Shown: positions 62,131 through 64,000 of the stretch, piece after piece
How the letters are laid out: each line of letters begins with the position of its first letter
Numbering within the stretch: the first letter of the stretch is position 1
From: Bacilli bacterium
GTDB taxonomy: Bacteria > Bacillota_I > Bacilli_A > RF39 > UBA660
Direction of reading: 5' to 3'
NCBI GenBank assembly: GCA_047971315.1
Contig: JBKDZP010000008.1
Location: forward strand, 65,225 to 129,224
Length of the DNA: 64,000 nucleotides
Position numbers and translations under genes: made by a program
Notes under the pieces: model-generated
Told to the model about the DNA's origin: nothing
Seen by the model: the letters and a program-made list of their open reading frames with translations, nothing else
The model's database searches: none

Positions 62131-62979
62131 TTACCATTTAGGTTTACTATTATTATTTATAAAATTAAGGTAACTTTCATATCTACTACTTATTATATTA
62201 CCTTTTTCTATTTCTTTTTTTATAGCACATTCATCTTCTTTTAGATGCATACAGTCTTTATATTTGCAATTTTCTTTAAATCTATTAAATTCAACAAATT
62301 GGTCTCTAATATCACTATTAGTCATTGAATTAAAATCAATACTTGAAAATCCCGGTGTATCTGCTACTAAACCATCATTTATTTTAATTAATTCTACATG
62401 TCTAGTTGTATGTTTTCCTCGACCTAAGGCATAAGAAATTTCATCTGTTTTTATATTTAATTTAGGATCTAATTTATTTAATAAAGTTGATTTTCCTGCT
62501 CCACTTTGACCAGTAAATACTGAAACTTTATTGTTAAATTCATTTTTTATTAATTCTATTTCATTATTTTTAAATATTTTATAATTTAAACTTTCATAAT
62601 AATCAACATATGTTTGAATTTCATTTTCTTCTTTTTTTGATAATAAATCAAATTTTGTGAAAACTATTATTGGCTTTATACTATTAAATTCAATTACAGT
62701 TAGTAACTTATCAAGTAAGTTAGGAGAAAAATTTGGATCTTTAACAGATGTAATAATAAATGCTTGATCAATGTTACTTACAGGTGGTCTAATTAATTCA
62801 TTAGTTCTTGGTAATATTTCTAATATATAATTATTATTTTCATCAAATATAACTAAATCACCAACTAATGGAGTAATATTTAAGTTACGAAATTTTCCTC
62901 TACTTTTACAAACAAATTCATTATTATTACTTTGTACTGTATAATCATTACTAATTATTTTAACAATTTTTCCTTGCAT
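62131..62979 (-). CDS. rsgA: Ribosome small-subunit-dependent GTPase A (RsgA/YloQ/CpgA)
   Basis: OB-fold N-terminus, G-domain GQSGAGKSTLLN, C-terminal Zn-finger CxxxCxHxxxxxC (CKYKDCMHLKEDEC). Confidence 0.85.
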   Translation of the reverse strand: MQGKIVKIISNDYTVQSNNNEFVCKSRGKFRNLNITPLVGDLVIFDENNNYILEILPRTNELIRPPVSNIDQAFIITSVKDPNFSPNLLDKLLTVIEFNSIKPIIVFTKFDLLSKKEENEIQTYVDYYESLNYKIFKNNEIELIKNEFNNKVSVFTGQSGAGKSTLLNKLDPKLNIKTDEISYALGRGKHTTRHVELIKINDGLVADTPGFSSIDFNSMTNSDIRDQFVEFNRFKENCKYKDCMHLKEDECAIKKEIEKGNIISSRYESYLNFINNNSKPKW

Positions 62980-62982
62980 AGC

Positions 62983-64000
62983 TTACCCTGATGTAGTTGT
63001 ACTTGAAGATGTTGAACTAGAACTATCTTTTTCTGTTTCTTCTACTACTTTTTTACTTACAGTTATACGAAGAGTTACTCCACTTACTACTTTTGATCCA
63101 GCAACTCTACTTTGTGTCATTATTGTATTTTCCGCAACTGTTGTAGATTCATTATAAGTTACTTCTAAACTAATTCCATTTTTATCACAAAAATCCTGCA
63201 CCCCGTTCACAGACCAATCTTCAGTAACAAAATTTGGATAAACTGTTATAATTTTAACAATTGTGAATTCTATTGAATCTCCAGAAATTAATTTATTACC
63301 TTCTGCTATACTTTGTTCAATTATAATATTTTCTTCAAGTGCTTCTGCTTCGCTAACTTCTTTATTTTTTGATGATACAATTATACCTTCTTTTTCAAGT
63401 TGTTCTAATACAATGTTATAATCTTTTCCAACATAGTTTTCTAAAGATATTCCTTCAGTTCCAACTGATACTTTTAATGTTATTATTGACCCTTTTTTAA
63501 CAAATTTTCCATTAGATGGAGATGTTGAAATAACACTTCCTTCTTCTATAGTTTCACTATATATTTGTTGAGTATCTGTTGATATAATAAATCCTAATTT
63601 TTCTAAAGTAATTTCAGCATCTTCAACAGACATATTTGAAACATCGGGAATTTCAACATCGGGAACTGCCGAAACTTTTGGCAAAATAAACATTACAAAT
63701 ATAATTGCAATTACCATTATTCCAAATAGTGCACTAAGTACAATAATTGCTATATTAGCAACCTTATCTTTTTTCTTTTCTTTATCAATTTCTTTTGCAT
63801 TCTGATTTTTCTTTGTACGTGTTAATCCAAGTGGTGATTTATCATCTGGATCAGTCTCAGAATATTCAAATATTAATTTATTTTCTTTTGCTCTAGCTAC
63901 ATCTAAAGCAGTTTTAATATTTTGATTCATTTCTACAACTGATTCAAACCTATTTTTAGGATTCTTTGCTGTTGCTTTTAAAATTATATTTTCAATACTT
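62983..64000 (-). CDS. prkC: Ser/Thr protein kinase with extracellular PASTA repeats (PrkC-like), C-terminal part; gene continues beyond window end
   Basis: The listed ORF gives the TM helix and PASTA-like repeats. My translation upstream of its Met continues in frame to the window edge (...ILKATAKNPKNRFESVVEMNQNI...), the end of a Hanks kinase domain. The prkC-rsgA-rpe order is conserved. Confidence 0.75.
   Translation of the reverse strand, partial: SIENIILKATAKNPKNRFESVVEMNQNIKTALDVARAKENKLIFEYSETDPDDKSPLGLTRTKKNQNAKEIDKEKKKDKVANIAIIVLSALFGIMVIAIIFVMFILPKVSAVPDVEIPDVSNMSVEDAEITLEKLGFIISTDTQQIYSETIEEGSVISTSPSNGKFVKKGSIITLKVSVGTEGISLENYVGKDYNIVLEQLEKEGIIVSSKNKEVSEAEALEENIIIEQSIAEGNKLISGDSIEFTIVKIITVYPNFVTEDWSVNGVQDFCDKNGISLEVTYNESTTVAENTIMTQSRVAGSKVVSGVTLRITVSKKVVEETEKDSSSSTSSSTTTSG

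Noticed and set aside
1-64000. CRISPR arrays, rRNA genes, intact prophage or intact IS elements
   Set aside because: No regularly spaced direct repeats, no rRNA-like conserved stretches, no integrase plus structural phage gene sets. The only mobile-element signal is the degraded transposase at 40.3-41.1 kb.

Overview
This is a very AT-rich (about 25% GC), gene-dense window from a low-GC Gram-positive (Firmicutes-like) chromosome, and almost every gene is on the minus strand. It uses the standard genetic code: the long housekeeping ORFs are intact when TGA is read as stop.

The conserved backbone, in window order, is:
- uvrA (N-terminal part, runs off the window start)
- the distal division and cell wall block murG-murB-ftsQ/divIB-ftsA-ftsZ
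- pgsA, recD2, mtaB, rsmE, trxA, cvpA, rnhC, murC, cysS
- a tRNA-Met(CAT) / tRNA-Leu(TAG) pair with a clear sigma-A promoter
- ppdK, xerC/D-type recombinase, topA, rpe, rsgA
- the PASTA end of a prkC-type Ser/Thr kinase, which runs off the window end

Accessory and unusual content:
1. A surface locus sits directly upstream of murG. It holds two paralogous type-IV-pilin-like genes. One is 565 aa with an Ig-like domain and a long glycine-rich repeat domain. The other is pseudogenised and carries a GC-rich 3' patch. Between them lies a polytopic membrane protein. The locus also holds a Big_2/cadherin-like anchored protein, a secreted SH3b-like/hydrolase-like protein ending in a canonical type-I dockerin, and a hybrid histidine kinase.
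2. An orphan Flp-type pilin gene lies directly upstream of murC.
3. A tRNA-adjacent block encodes four secreted or membrane proteins with no recognisable families.
4. A capsule/EPS module contains GT2, a fused Wzz+BY-kinase, the CpsB PHP phosphatase, a PfkB kinase and an Smr protein.
5. A large multi-receiver hybrid HK with an HPt domain sits beside a split Aas-like pair: an AMP-ligase and a HAD+PlsC acyltransferase.
6. There are two gene-decay zones. One holds IS-transposase and metallophosphoesterase remnants. The other is a 3-kb graveyard with an AKR fragment, a frameshifted CYTH gene, a dead P-loop kinase, and an XRE, degraded umuC/uvrX and yolD cassette.
7. There is a conserved but uncharacterised BadF-type activase plus two paralogous DUF2229 (HgdB/YjiM-like) proteins.

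I found no CRISPR array, no rRNA and no intact mobile element.
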